DNA of 63,810 nt, filler included, from Octopus bimaculoides (GCF_001194135.2; 4 parts of 4 records of this genome joined end to end with filler, not necessarily neighbours in it), one strand, 5' to 3'; shown: positions 1-11,243, counted from the whole stretch's first letter. The notes: generated from the letters alone by a model not told the origin. Program-made: numbers and translations.

Positions 1-48
<48 letters not shown>

Positions 49-56
49 GTATATAT
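1..56. repeat. (AT)n microsatellite
   Basis: Near-perfect AT dinucleotide run at window start. Confidence 0.95.
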
Positions 57-79
57 AGTAATGGATGCTCTCCTGTAGG

Positions 80-465
80 CACAGGTATTGCTGTGTGGTA
101 AGTAGTTTGCTTCCCAACTACATAGTTCCCGGTTCAGTCCCACTGTGTGGAACCTTCAGCAAGTGTCTTCTACTACGTGAGCTGACCAAAGCATAGTGAG
201 TGAATCTGGTAGAAACTGAAAGAAGCCTGTCAGATATATATGTTTGTGTGTGCCTTTGTGTCTGTACTTATCCCCCACCAAAGCTTGAGAACCAGTGTTG
301 GTGTGCTTATGTCCCTATAACTTAGTGGTTCAGCAAAAGAAACTGATAGAATGAGTACCACACTTAACAAAACAATAAGTACTGGGGTTGATTCATTCAA
401 CTAGAAATTCTTCAAGTTAGTGTCCAAGTATGACTACAGTCCAATGACTGAAACAAATAAAAGAT
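80..465 (+). mobile_element. tRNA-headed SINE, family A (octopus-type), diverged near-full copy
   Basis: Head GCTGTGTGGTAAGTAG...GGTTCAGTCCCACTG, body GAAACTGAAAGAAGCC, tail ...GACTGAAACAAATAAAAG; collinear with the copies at 25888 and 62745. Confidence 0.85.
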
Positions 466-769
466 TACAGATGTGTGTGGGGGGGGTGTACAATAACTTT
501 CTTCCAGTTTTTATCTGTGAAATCTACTCAAAAAGCTTTGATCCTTTCAGGGCTATAGTAGAAAACACATAGCCAAGGTCCCAAGCTGTGGAACTCAACC
601 CAAAAGTACATGGTTGAGAAGTTTTCTTCTCAACTACAGTGCACAAAAAGATAACAGCATGGAAAAGACAAGTTTTAACAAATATTATTTTAGCTTAATG
701 CTTAAAAAGAAAGAAGTGTCTTGAAGTTTTGGATGCTATTCCGTCATCAGAAAAAATAAAAGAATAAGG

Positions 770-1450
770 AAAGATGTTAGAAAAAAATACAGGTTAGGGC
801 CCAGGTAAGAAGACAGTTTTGTAGTGGAGTTAGGAAGGGTGAAGGTAGGTGGTGTGTGCATGTATAGGAGAGTATCCGTGCATAGAGATAAGCATGGGAG
901 GTGTGTGTTTGTTTCTTGAGGGAGGGAGGTATGTGGAAATGTGCAAGTATGTGATGTAGTGGTGTAGGATAGTGGGGGTACATAGGAGGATGGAGTGTAG
1001 GTGTAATTGTAATGTATGTGAGAGAAAGGCATAGAGGGAAGGAAGGTGTGGTAGACCATATGTGTGTGACGTGAAAGGGAAGGTAAGAAAAAACACTGAT
1101 GAAAAAACTGTCTAAATAGTGAAGCAAGATATTAAAAATAGTAAGGTGAAAACACTGGTGAAAAAAATAGTATGTTACACAGGAGAGAGTACTAAGATGG
1201 AGAAGTGGATAAATCCAGTGGATAATGCCAGAGGTAAAATAGACAGTGAAGAAATGGAAGTGAACTGAATTAACATGCTTTGGAAGCAGAAGTGAACTGG
1301 TATCATTAGTTGACATGTTATAATGGCAGTAGTGCATGGAGAGCGATGCAAGAAGAGATAAGGAAATTGAAAAATAAGTGCATGTATGCATATGAGTGCA
1401 TGTGTATTTGTGAGGGAAGTAGTAAAGTGAAGCAGGTATGAACATGCTAT
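770..1450. repeat. Degenerate GT/GA-rich low-complexity tract
   Basis: Strong G/T/A strand bias; the overlapping minus-strand ORFs are His/Thr/Tyr-rich repeat translations. Confidence 0.7.
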
Positions 1451-1453
1451 GTG

Positions 1454-2653
1454 TTAGGGTGTTCAGAAAGTAGTTATGTTTTTTCACCACTATGAAATAG
1501 GAATCAACCAATCATATCAGAGCCAACATCGAATGGGCAGGAACTGTCTAGAAATAGTATATCATCTTTTCTATCCAGCAGTGTGTCATTCATAGTTATT
1601 TTGGTAATTAGCTCTATGGATGAAATAACATATTTGTCATTGCTTATTGTATGAGCTTTGAAAGAAAAGTACCTCTACAGAAGCAATGAAAATCTTTTGT
1701 GAAGTGTATCTGGATGCAGTGAAAGCTCATACATGTCAGCTGTGGTTTAAAAGGTTTGAAGATGGTGATTGTGACATATCCAACAAGCCTCACTCTGGAA
1801 GATAACCCACTCTGAATGGCAACCTTTTGAATGAGACTATTTATCAGATTCACATCAAAGCACCAGAAATTTAACGCAAAAATTTCATGTGTCATCTATC
1901 CATGAACATCTCAAGCAAATTGGGGGAACATGCAAAGAGGAAATTTGTGTTCCGCATAAGCTTGCACTTGAGAATCAACCAATGCTCCACCATCTACAGC
2001 AGTCTTCTAACCAGAAATAATAACCTGTCATTTCTGCAGCACATTGTTAACAGAAAATGAAAAAGGCAATGATTAGCACGTAATAAGAGGTTAGTGCCAA
2101 CACCAAAACCAGAACTCTATCCACAAAAATCCTTGCTCTATGTTTGCTGGAGCATGAAAGATATCATCCATTATGAGCTACTGGAACATGGAAGGACCAT
2201 GAATGATGTCTATTGCCAACAACTTGATCATGTAAATGAAAATTTACATTAAAAGTAGCCAGCTTTGGTAATCAGCACGACAATGCACGGCCACACTCTT
2301 CAAAACAAACCCAAGAAAAGATATGACCTTTAGGATGGGAAGTTCTTCCTCATCCTCCATATTTGCCTAACTTAGCACCTACAGATTTCCATCTGTTCCA
2401 ATCACTAGATCATTTTATAAGAGGCAAAACATTCAAAAACAGAGATAAAGTTGAAAATAGTGTCAGACTTTTTTACAGGTAAAGAAATAGGTTTCTTTGA
2501 ATGTGGCATAGAAAAGTTACTTTCCCGTTGGGCTGCAGTCATTGAACACGATGGTGATTACATTTTTTATTAAAACTATTCAGATAAATGTAGTTTACAT
2601 TTGTTTTTATAACCTTTCTGGTAAAACATATTTACTTTCTGAACACCCAAATA
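1454..2653 (+). mobile_element. Mariner (Tc1/mariner, DD34D) DNA transposon, full length, decayed
   Basis: Left TIR TTAGGGTGTTCAGAAAGTAGTTATGTTT (1454-1481) matches right TIR AAACATATTTACTTTCTGAACACCCAAATA (~2624-2653); ~1.2 kb span encloses transposase motifs. Confidence 0.9.
1616..2573 (+). pseudogene. Mariner transposase pseudogene
   Basis: Fragments: VPHKL (WVPHEL-like), PKPELYPQK, HDNARPH (2277-2297), GWEVLPHPPYLPNLAPTDFHLFQSL (YSPDLAP-D motif); many stops and frameshifts. Confidence 0.9.
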
Positions 2654-3459
2654 GTTCCACTAGGTCTAGAGAATTTTCGGTATAAACTCATTGTGCTATT
2701 TGAAATTAAACAGGTCTATATTGAAATCCCTACAAAAGGGATTAAAAGTAAGCCATTTTCTGAATTGCTTTTGCTAACAATCTTTAAATATTTCGAAAAT
2801 TAGATTTAGTTGATAAATGTATGTATGTACGTGTGTGTGTGTGTGTGTGTGTGTGTGGCTTACTAATATATTTTTCTAGTTTTTTTTTTCCTATACAGAT
2901 TTCTATTGTAGTACATTCAGTCACATGCTCAACAGCTGTTGTCATGTTTCATACCGTTTGATATCAAAGCTTTTATTGACAAATAAAATTCTTGTTTACT
3001 CTCTTCATTCAAGTCAGTTTATATCTATTCAACTCACTGTCTACATTCTGCTCAAGTTGATCCAAGTCTCTAATATAGATATTATATTCAATAGTTTGAC
3101 ATACTGGCTTCAACTGTTAGATTAGATTCATATTTTATGATCTATCTCGTCCTTCATCTTATTGTTTATATTATTGAAAAAATTATCTTCTGATCAATAT
3201 CATTTTCCATATTGATTTAGAAACAGTATATTCTAAAACTTTTCAATCCCATTTTTCATATTCTATATTTTTTGTTGCTTGTCATCCATCATATCAAAAT
3301 TTCAAAACATTTTCTTTTTTCTTACAAACATGAAAGGAAAATTGAATAGAATAATGATTTCTTTTAACTCAGTATAAGTCCAATGTAATTGACCCTTTTC
3401 ATCTATGCAGACGGTCAATTTAGCTTAGAGGTCACTTAATCGAACATATCAGGGGCTCC

Positions 3460-4015
3460 CCTTCTTTCATGGCTGATTCTTTCTATGATTGAAGCACAGC
3501 TTCTGTCACAGTACTTGCATACCAAGAGGGTGGTTCAGCACTCTGCATTTCTGTTGTTTTCCTTTCACCACTGACGCTTCTCTACTTGTTTGTTTCTGTA
3601 GCTGCTCTCCAGCGAAGCAGTTCCTTCCTTCACCACAGTTCTCCATGTTGTTCTGTGCTCAGCTCTCTCTTCCCAGGTGCTGACATCCACCTCACACTTG
3701 GACAAACTGGTTTTGCAAGTGTCCTTATACCTCAGTTTTGGTCTTCCTCTTGGTCCCTTGCTCTGGGCCAGTTCTCCATAGAGTAGTTGCTTCGGGATTC
3801 AATGGTCATCCATTCTCCTGACATGCCCCAGCCACCTCAGTTTTCTCATACACAAGATAGCTGTCATGCTTTGAAGATTCGCCTGCACCAGCACTTCAAC
3901 ATAGGTGACCTTGTCGCGCCATGTTAGGCCTAAGAACTTGTGGAGGCATCTGAGATGGAAAATGCCGAGGCACCTTTCCTGTCTGCTGTACAAGGTCCAT
4001 GTTTCAGATCCATAG
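3460..4015 (-). mobile_element. RTE-clade LINE 3' fragment (RT C-terminus)
   Basis: ORF 3799-3993 FHLRCLHKFLGLTWRDKV...LRWLGHVRRMDDH is the typical RTE C-terminal motif. Confidence 0.85.
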
Positions 4016-4559
4016 ATCTGAAGTTGAATATATTGAGAAATATATACAATTAAGTCAATAGATTTACTAATAATGATTTATTCACTTTGATCAAAAATTA
4101 AAACAAGCCAATTTTGTAGAATTTCAATTTATACATAACTTACTTAACAAGGAAAGAGGAGTAACAAGGGTGGAAAAGGTTTAGAAGAGGAAGATAAGAA
4201 AAATAAAGTAGGTGGCTGATAGAAGGAGGAAATTTGAAAGGAAAATCAGGTCAAGTAATATCAAGTGGCTATGCTTCTATGTGCTTCTAGTTAAGTGAAG
4301 GTGATGTTTCCCCAGTTGCATAATAGGTGATTTTCAAAGTGCCTGCATTTCATGAATATCCCTCGTTTGATGTATAGTCTTTTGAGAATTCTTCCTGTTT
4401 GGTAAGGTCTAAATCATACGATTCTTTTTTTTATTTAGTACTATACTTTTAATTTCCACATGCCATTAGCCAATTATAAATGGTCTTTTTATCCCATTGT
4501 TTAAAGAAGATTGTATGATTATTTTTTACAACTTTGTAATGTCTAATTTTTATGCATTT

Positions 4560-4968
4560 GTATTAGGTTCTATTAGGTTCAAGTCTATAGAAGTGATTTC
4601 TGCCCCATAAATTATTGCTTCCATGTTACAAGTATTGAGCTTCTTGCATGCAGGTGTCTTCAGTTTTATTGGCAGACACGTGAGATATGTTTTTCTTGTT
4701 TGTGGTGCAACTACAGCTAAATTTAAGGTTGTGTCAGTTAAAAAAACTTTCCATGTCTATGGTCAGGATAAACACGTTAAAGTTAGGGAGTCTCTGACGA
4801 TAATAGATGCTGCATGGAGCAAAACGTGTGTTGATTCATATAATATTGTGGCACCTCTTTTTCACTTGTGTAGGTGAGGAGTGGAATGTGTAGGTAATCT
4901 TTATTTTGAATCTACTAGCTATAAAGCTTTATAAACTATATTGAAAACTGAAAGAAGCCTGTCATATA

Positions 4969-5001
<33 letters not shown>

Positions 5002-5964
5002 GTTTATGTGTCTGTGTTTGTCCCCCACCATCACTTGACAACAGATGTTGATGTGCTTACATCCCCATAACTTAGCGGTCTAGCAAAAGAGACCGAGAGG
5101 ATAAGTACTAGGCTTACAAAGAGGTCGATTTGTTTGATTAAAGGCGGTGCTCCAGCATGGCCACAGTCAAATGACTGAAACAAATAAAAAGAAAAGAATA
5201 AAAAAGAATGTATGTATATTCAAAAATGAAGAAGAAGCACCACTAGTGTTGTAAACATTATTGAACATGCATACTCAGTGTATGTGCAATACTTGTTTGC
5301 CAATTGAGAGAGCTCACTCTCTCAAAGTCACAGGTTTTAAAACACAAAGTTTTCTGAACTCGTTTGACATAAATTGAGTTCCATTATCAGACACTATGGT
5401 ATCCGGAATATCATACCTGGTGAACAATTCATGTAAAAAACTTATTGTAACCGCAGATGTCGGCTTTTTTATATTTCTGCACTTCCAGCCACTTTGAAAA
5501 ACTGTCCACCACAACAAGGTAATATGAACCCTTGAGCAGACCTGCATAATCAACCTGAAGTCTGGCCCATAGAACGTCTGTTTTTAACCATAGTTACCAT
5601 TTAGTGGTAGGTGCTTTTACAGCTAAGGCACATCCTCTGCATGCTATCACTGATTCTTCAATGTCACGGTCCGCTGTTGGCCAATATACATAACTTCTCA
5701 TTAACGATTTCATTCTCGAAATCCTGGGTGACCAGTATGAAATTCCTTTAATAATCGCTTTTGTAGTGTGGCTGGTACTACGACTCTTTGTGCATACATC
5801 AACACATTGTCACACAATGAGAAATGGTTTCCATTTGTGTTGCGCATATTTTTATCTCTTTTAGCCTTTGGCATTTCTTCCATTTTTTTAATGAATTTAT
5901 CATTTTCCAGTTCTAATTTCATGTCTTGTAAGGTAACTGACAGTTTATAAATGATGTTACGCAA
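4560..5964 (-). pseudogene. Gypsy integrase remnant (zinc finger + core), split by SINE
   Basis: LLKEFHTGHPG (5710-5964); LHELFTRYDIPDTIVSDNGTQFMSNEF (5314-5553). Confidence 0.85.
4940..5205 (+). mobile_element. SINE family A, 5'-truncated, inserted in Gypsy integrase
   Basis: AACTGAAAGAAGCC...CCCCATAACTTAGCGG...GGCGGTGCTCCAGCATGGCCACAGTC...tail. Confidence 0.9.
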
Positions 5965-6065
5965 AGCATTTTAAATTTCATTTTCCACTCGCAAAGCAGC
6001 AGTCATGGTATCTTTAAATGGTTCTGCATTTTTTAAAATCAATCTTGATAGACAATCAACATAAT

Positions 6066-6344
6066 CTAATTTCTTGGAGGTATATACTCCATCTTGAAAT
6101 CATAGTTTAATAATATCATACCCAAGCGTTGTAACCTGTTAGCAGCATGGGTAGGGATTCCTTTTTCTGGCCCAAATATTGATAAAAATGGACGATGATC
6201 AGTCTGTAGATGAAAACATGTACCGTGTAAAAATTTGTGAAATTTTTTCACACCAAAAATAATCACTAGAGCTTCTTTTTCGATTTGACTATAATTTTTC
6301 TCTGATGATATCAGATAACGTGAAGCATGAACCACTGCCGTCAT
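6066..6344 (-). pseudogene. Gypsy RNase H remnant
   Basis: HASRYL..SEKNYSQIEKEALVIIFGVKKFH...LQTDHRP...ANRLQR. Confidence 0.9.
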
Positions 6345-7055
6345 GTTACCATCTTTATATTTATGTAGAATTTATTGCTCCTATACTGTACTCAGACGCA
6401 TCTGAAGCTACAGCAATCTCTGCTGCAGGATTGAAATGTGCTAATGACAAAACAGATGTTAACATTTTTTTAGTCAAAAGCCTTCTGACAATTTCCATTT
6501 CATATCTTTTTCAACAGATTATTAAGTGGAACCCTTACCTTGTGCATATTTGGAATATAATTTTGGTAATAATTAACCAGTCCTAAAAATGCTTGTAAAA
6601 TTGCTGTTTGTTGGAGGGGGCATATTCTTAATTGTGTCTGCCCGCGATGGGTCTGGTCAACGTCCATTTCTGTCAATGATTTTTCTATATATCTTATATT
6701 CGGTAAGAGAAATTCAAACTTTTCTTCAACCAAAGTAAAGCCATAATCCCTATTTTTTTTTTTTTTTTTTTTGAATACATATTTTACATGCTAAGTATGT
6801 TGATCCCTGGATTCACTTTTAATGAGTATATCATCCAGATATGGAACTACCAATTCAGTCTGCTAACATTGCAACCACAATCTGTTCAGAAATCGCTGGT
6901 GCAACTTTTAATGGTAATCTGTTGCATTTATACAGTCCTTTCTGTGTGTTAATTGTTAAGTATTTAAAGCATTCATCATCTACTCTAATTTGTAGGTACG
7001 CATCCGAGTGATCCAATTTAGAAAATATCTTGTCACCGTTTAATTTCGCAAAAAT

Positions 7056-8859
7056 CCCCGATCCCTCATCTGGTGGTCAATCAGGAAACTTGGGATAGAA
7101 GAATGGTTAGTGAGAGCTGTGCAAGCTATGTACAGAGACGCTGTCAGTAAGGTGAGGGCTGGCAATGAGTATAGTGAAGAATTCCGTGTAGAGGTGGGAG
7201 TCCAGCAAGGTTCAGTCCTCAGCCCCCTCCTATTTATCATAGTCCTCCAGGCGATAACAGAGGAATTCAAGACAGGATGCCCCTGGGAGCTCCTCTATGC
7301 TGATGACCTTGCGCTAATTGCTGAGTCACTATCAGAACTAGAGGAGAAGTTTCAGGTGTGGAAGCAAGGACTAGAATCGAAGGGCCTTACAGTCAACCTA
7401 GCTGAAACCAAAGTCTTAATAAGTAGGAAGGTAGAAAAAATACAAACCCCTTCAGGTAGAAAAGGCGTAGGTAGAAACTCTATAAGATGCAGCCAGTGCA
7501 AGCTATGGACACATAAGAGGTGCAGCAATACCAAAGGAAGGTTAACTAAGAAGTTAGTTTTTGTATGTAGCAGATGTTCAGGAGCTATAAACACTGTAAA
7601 TGTGCAGAAAACAACTTCTGCCACATTCCAGGGAGAAAAACTAGATGTAGTTGATAACTTCCGCTATCTAGGTGACCAAGTTAGTAGTAGGAGAGGGTGC
7701 GCTGAAAGTGTAGCTGCTAGAATAAGAATAGCCTGGGCAAAGTTCAGAGAGCTCTTACCTCTGCTGGTGACAAAGGGCCTCTCACTCAGAGTAAAAGGCA
7801 GACTATATGATGCATGTGTACCAACAGCCATGCTTCATGGCAGTGAAACATGGGCCATGACTGCTGAAGACATGCGTAGGCTCACAAGGATTGAAGTCAG
7901 TATTCTTCAATGGATGTGTAATGTCAGTGTGCATACTAGACAGAGTGTAAGTACCTTGAGAGAAAAGTTAAACCTAAGAAGCATCAGTTGTGGTGTGCAA
8001 GAGAGACGATTGTGCTGGTATGGTCATGTGGCNNNNNNNNNNNNNNNNNNNNNNNNNNNNNNNNNNNNNNNNNNNNNNNNNNNNNNNNNNNNNNNNNNNN
8101 NNNNNNNNNNNNNNNNNNNNNNNNNNNNNNNNNNNNNNNNNNNNNNNNNNNNNNNNNNNNNNNNNNNNNNNNNNNNNNNNNNNNNNNNNNNNNNNNNNNN
8201 NNNNNNNNNNNNNNNNNNNNNNNNNNNNNNNNNNNNNNNNNNNNNNNNNNNNNNNNNNNNNNNNNNNNNNNNNNNNNNNNNNNNNNNNNNNNNNNNNNNN
8301 NNNNNNNNNNNNNNNNNNNNNNNNNNNNNNNNNNNNNNNNNNNNNNNNNNNNNNNNNNNNNNNNNNNNNNNNNNNNNNNNNNNNNNNNNNNNNNNNNNNN
8401 NNNNNNNNNNNNNNNNNNNNNNNNNNNNNNNNNNNNNNNNNNNNNNNNNNNNNNNNNNNNNNNNNNTGAACTAAATTCGACGACTGGCACCCATGCCAAC
8501 ATCGTCTCCTTCATTGGACACGAAACTCGGCTTGCGAAGACCTGTTGGGGCAAGCGAAAGCGAAATCATGATGGCACCTGTGCCCAGCGTCACCTTCCTG
8601 GCACTTGTGCCGGTGGCACGTGTAAAGACATTTGAGCGAGATCATTGCCAGTGCCACTGGACTGGCTCCTGTGCAGGTGGCACGTAAAATACACCATTTT
8701 CAGCGTGGCCGTTGCCAGTACCTCCTGACTGGCCTTTGTGCCGGTAGCATGTAAAAGCACCCACTACACTCTCGGAGTGGTTGGCGTTAGTCCTCAGTCA
8801 ACTCGTCCAATCCATGCTAGCATGGAAAGCGGACGTTAAACGATGATGATGATGATGAT
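7056..8859 (+). mobile_element. 5'-truncated RTE-clade LINE with (GAT)n tail, spanning an assembly gap
   Basis: RT ORF 7110-8032 (GVQQGSVLSPLLF, LLYADDL, FRYLGD, LCWYGHV); 3' UTR 8466-8859 ends CGTTAAAC(GAT)6; the Gypsy frame resumes on both sides. Confidence 0.92.
7110..8032 (+). pseudogene. RTE reverse transcriptase with embedded Cys/His-rich (PHD-like) segment
   Basis: Open frame up to the gap; YADD motif; CSQC-x4-H-x2-C-x14-CSRC at 7488-7577. Confidence 0.88.
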
Positions 8860-9329
8860 CTTCCTGCGTAGGTAACAGATAGTGGCACATTTTAAGAAAG
8901 TCATTTAAACCATGGAAAAATCAGCACATGCACTGATTTTCTTAACATACATAGTTGGTGATGCTCATTGACTATATTCCACATTTTGTATAACTCCAAT
9001 ATTTTCTAGTCTCTCTAACTTAATCTGTTCTAACACTGCAGACGGTAGTTTGTTTTTGTTTGGTATGGTATTTTCTTTTATTTGAAACCTTGCTTTGTTT
9101 TAGTGCACAGACCTAATTTATTAGACAGAACTTCAGGAAAAATATTTTTTAATTTGGACTTATTTGTACTGGAGGAAAAAACCATTCACATTTTTACAGA
9201 AAAGATTTATGGGGAGGTCCCATTAGTTAAATAATTCCATCCAGTTAGTTTCAAATAAATTTGTGGTAACATTTAACACAAAAATTTTAGCTTTTAAGGT
9301 TTTTTCATGAAATATAATGTTACTTATCA

Positions 9330-9470
9330 ATTCACCCTTAAAATACAATTTTTTTCCTGAAACACCATGGGCAATTTTTGAGGTTTCATTTAATTGTTTT
9401 TCCATGTATCTGTGTTTATTATCGAGATATCACTACCTGTATCCAATTGTAACTTTACGTTTGTGTTATT
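9330..9470 (-). pseudogene. Gypsy aspartic protease remnant
   Basis: Reverse strand reads VKLQLDTGSDISIINTDTW (DTG active site) at ~9403-9460. Confidence 0.85.
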
Positions 9471-9639
9471 AATTTTTTCACACACATTTTCTTTGAGGTT
9501 TGTTCGTATTTTTTGTCACCGCTAAGCTGCTTATGATTTTTTCCTGTTGAGCTGTTTTTTAGGTTCTGTCCTACAATGTGACTTTTTATGGTCTATTTTA
9601 CATGGATTCGGTCTTAGCATTTTTTTCTTATTGGATACC

Positions 9640-10158
9640 GGTTGACACGCTTGAACAAGAGAGCAATCTTTCTCTTCAATTTTATTTGTATCATGTCATA
9701 GATTTATTATCCTCTGACATTCTTCTGCTACTGCCTGCAGAGTTAAATTTTAGTCCTGTTCTAATTTTGTCAATATCCAAGATTGTATATTTTCATCTTT
9801 GCAGTAAGCCCTTGAACAAAAATTAAACACTTGAACATGTCCAGGGTCACCTTATTCGATTTAAATTTCTCACACACTCTGTTAACCACTCTGTCATAGG
9901 TGATGAAATCATCATTTTTTTTTACCAAATTTAAACATTGCCAGCGAATACTGATCAGAGAACTTCTTTCACTGAAAATTTTCAATAAAATATTGTTTCA
10001 TCGAAACAAATCTCACTTGGTTTCTTCGCAGAATATAATTACTATATCTTTTTGTGTTTGGCAGGGGATAACTTTCTTAAAATTAGTCATACGTTTTTCT
10101 CGTCAGACCAACTTTTATACTCTTCTTTGGAGATTTCTTCATATCTACGAAAATATGC
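9640..10158 (-). pseudogene. Gypsy gag remnant
   Basis: AYFRRYEEI...SWSDEK, KIFSERSSLISIRWQCLNL, VNRVCEKFK...FKCLIFVQGLT, LQAVAEECQRIIN; frameshifted. Confidence 0.75.
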
Positions 10159-10384
10159 AGAGAAGGTAAAAGATAAAGGTGCCAGTTACAACATCCATTG
10201 GAAGATCTTAGCCAAGTGTAAACCTTACACCAGTGGCAGCGGAAGGTGCGGTCTATGTGATATGGAAAGATGGCTCATCTGGAAAGGTAGCTTAGACCCT
10301 GCCACATGTCTAAATTCAAAGACTGAACTTTTCGGATCATGTCCACATGTGACCAAATATTTGCTACGTTTTTGGTCCCCCTAA
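10159..10384 (+). mobile_element. Penelope-like element fragment 1 (GIY-YIG endonuclease C-terminus)
   Basis: YNIHWKILAKCKPYTSGSGRCGLCDMER...CLNSKTELFGSCPH; same C-x-LC-x2-E...LN-x3-EL-x3-C-x-H pattern as 12406-12597. Confidence 0.8.
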
Positions 10385-11173
10385 GTTTACTGAGTTTGCT
10401 TTCTATTTTGTGCCTATGTATAAGATTTTTATCTCTCTATACTTCTTACTTAGATTTCGTATACATTTTAAAATATTTTTACTGATAGGACTTGCTGATA
10501 GGACTGTACTGATAGGATTTGCTTTCTATATTGTGTCTATGCATAAGCTTGTTACCCTTCTATACTTTTTACTTGGATTTTATATTTGTTTATATATTTT
10601 TTTATATTTTTTATATAATTAGAGTTAATGTTTTGTATTTTTTCCATACATGTTTTTCTGTTTTCTCCCCTCCACCCTGTTTTTTTCCCATGCGTCTATA
10701 GACACGTACATGGAACCTTATGTGCACACTTGTGGGTGTGTGCGTGTGTGTAGGTACGTGCGTATATAGACATATGTGCATGCATGCAAAAATATACACA
10801 ATTTAGACGCATTTTAACCTTATAGCTTTCCCAATTTTTTGCTTTTAGCCCTATAAAATAATTTTTTTTTGTGTGCGTGTGTATGGGTGCGGAGTTGTGT
10901 GCATGTGGATGTGGATGTGTGTGTGTGTGTGTATGTATATGCACATGTACATATATGTATAGTTTTTTGCAAGTATGTGTGTGTTTAAAGCGAGGGTGTT
11001 TTTAGTATATGAATATAGGCAAATGTACAGATTGGTGCACTTACGCAAATCCATAGACTTTTCTACTCTCTTACTTAGCGGTCTATTAGCTCTTTTGTCT
11101 TTTGTTTTAATGACGGTCACCACACAGTAATTTCCCTTTGTTTAACAGTCATATTTCACAGGAACTTTCAATG

Positions 11174-11243
11174 GCCGGATAACTGAAGAGATGTTGGTGT
11201 GGGCTCCCACCCCGGCATACGAAACTTGGAGTTTTATCATGGC
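11174..11243 (+). ncRNA. Type I hammerhead ribozyme motif HHR1
   Basis: Stem I GCCGGAUAA/UUAUC(A)UGGC; core CUGAAGA (11183-89); stem II G-AUGUUGG..CCGGCAU(A)C with inner GUGG/CCAC; GAAAC-UUGGA-GU; triplet GUU, cleavage 3' of 11233. Confidence 0.8.

Larger units (their letters stand above)
6500..9000 (-). pseudogene. Gypsy reverse transcriptase remnant (interrupted by RTE at 7056-8859)
   Basis: CADFS...PTQED (8858-9000) joins IFAKLNG-KIFSKLD-SDAYLQI (<7055); VPYLDDILI at ~6822-6848; LQAFLGLVNYYQNYIP in ORF 6500-6733. Confidence 0.9.
4270..10158 (-). mobile_element. Ty3/Gypsy LTR retrotransposon internal region (gag-PR-RT-RH-INT), decayed, split by nested insertions; LTRs not identified
   Basis: Minus-strand gag, DTG protease, RT (YLDD), RNase H and integrase in Gypsy order; see sub-features. 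Confidence 0.9.

Noticed and set aside
7984-8635. Long ORFs that run through N gaps (also 40095-40610, 51975-53015, 56962-57385, 59766-60649)
   Set aside because: Length comes from X residues; no coding evidence apart from the RTE RT part.
8575-8765. CRISPR-like reading of the palindromic tandem units
   Set aside because: Eukaryotic LINE 3' UTR; no unique spacers and no cas genes.
11226-11230. Loop III of HHR1 (ACUUGGAGU) is the exact complement of that of HHR2 (ACUCCAAGU), hinting at a heterodimer
   Set aside because: A swapped dimer also needs cross-pairing of stem I strands (GCCGGAUAA versus ACAGUUUU), which do not match; only 3 free positions are involved, so chance is likely.
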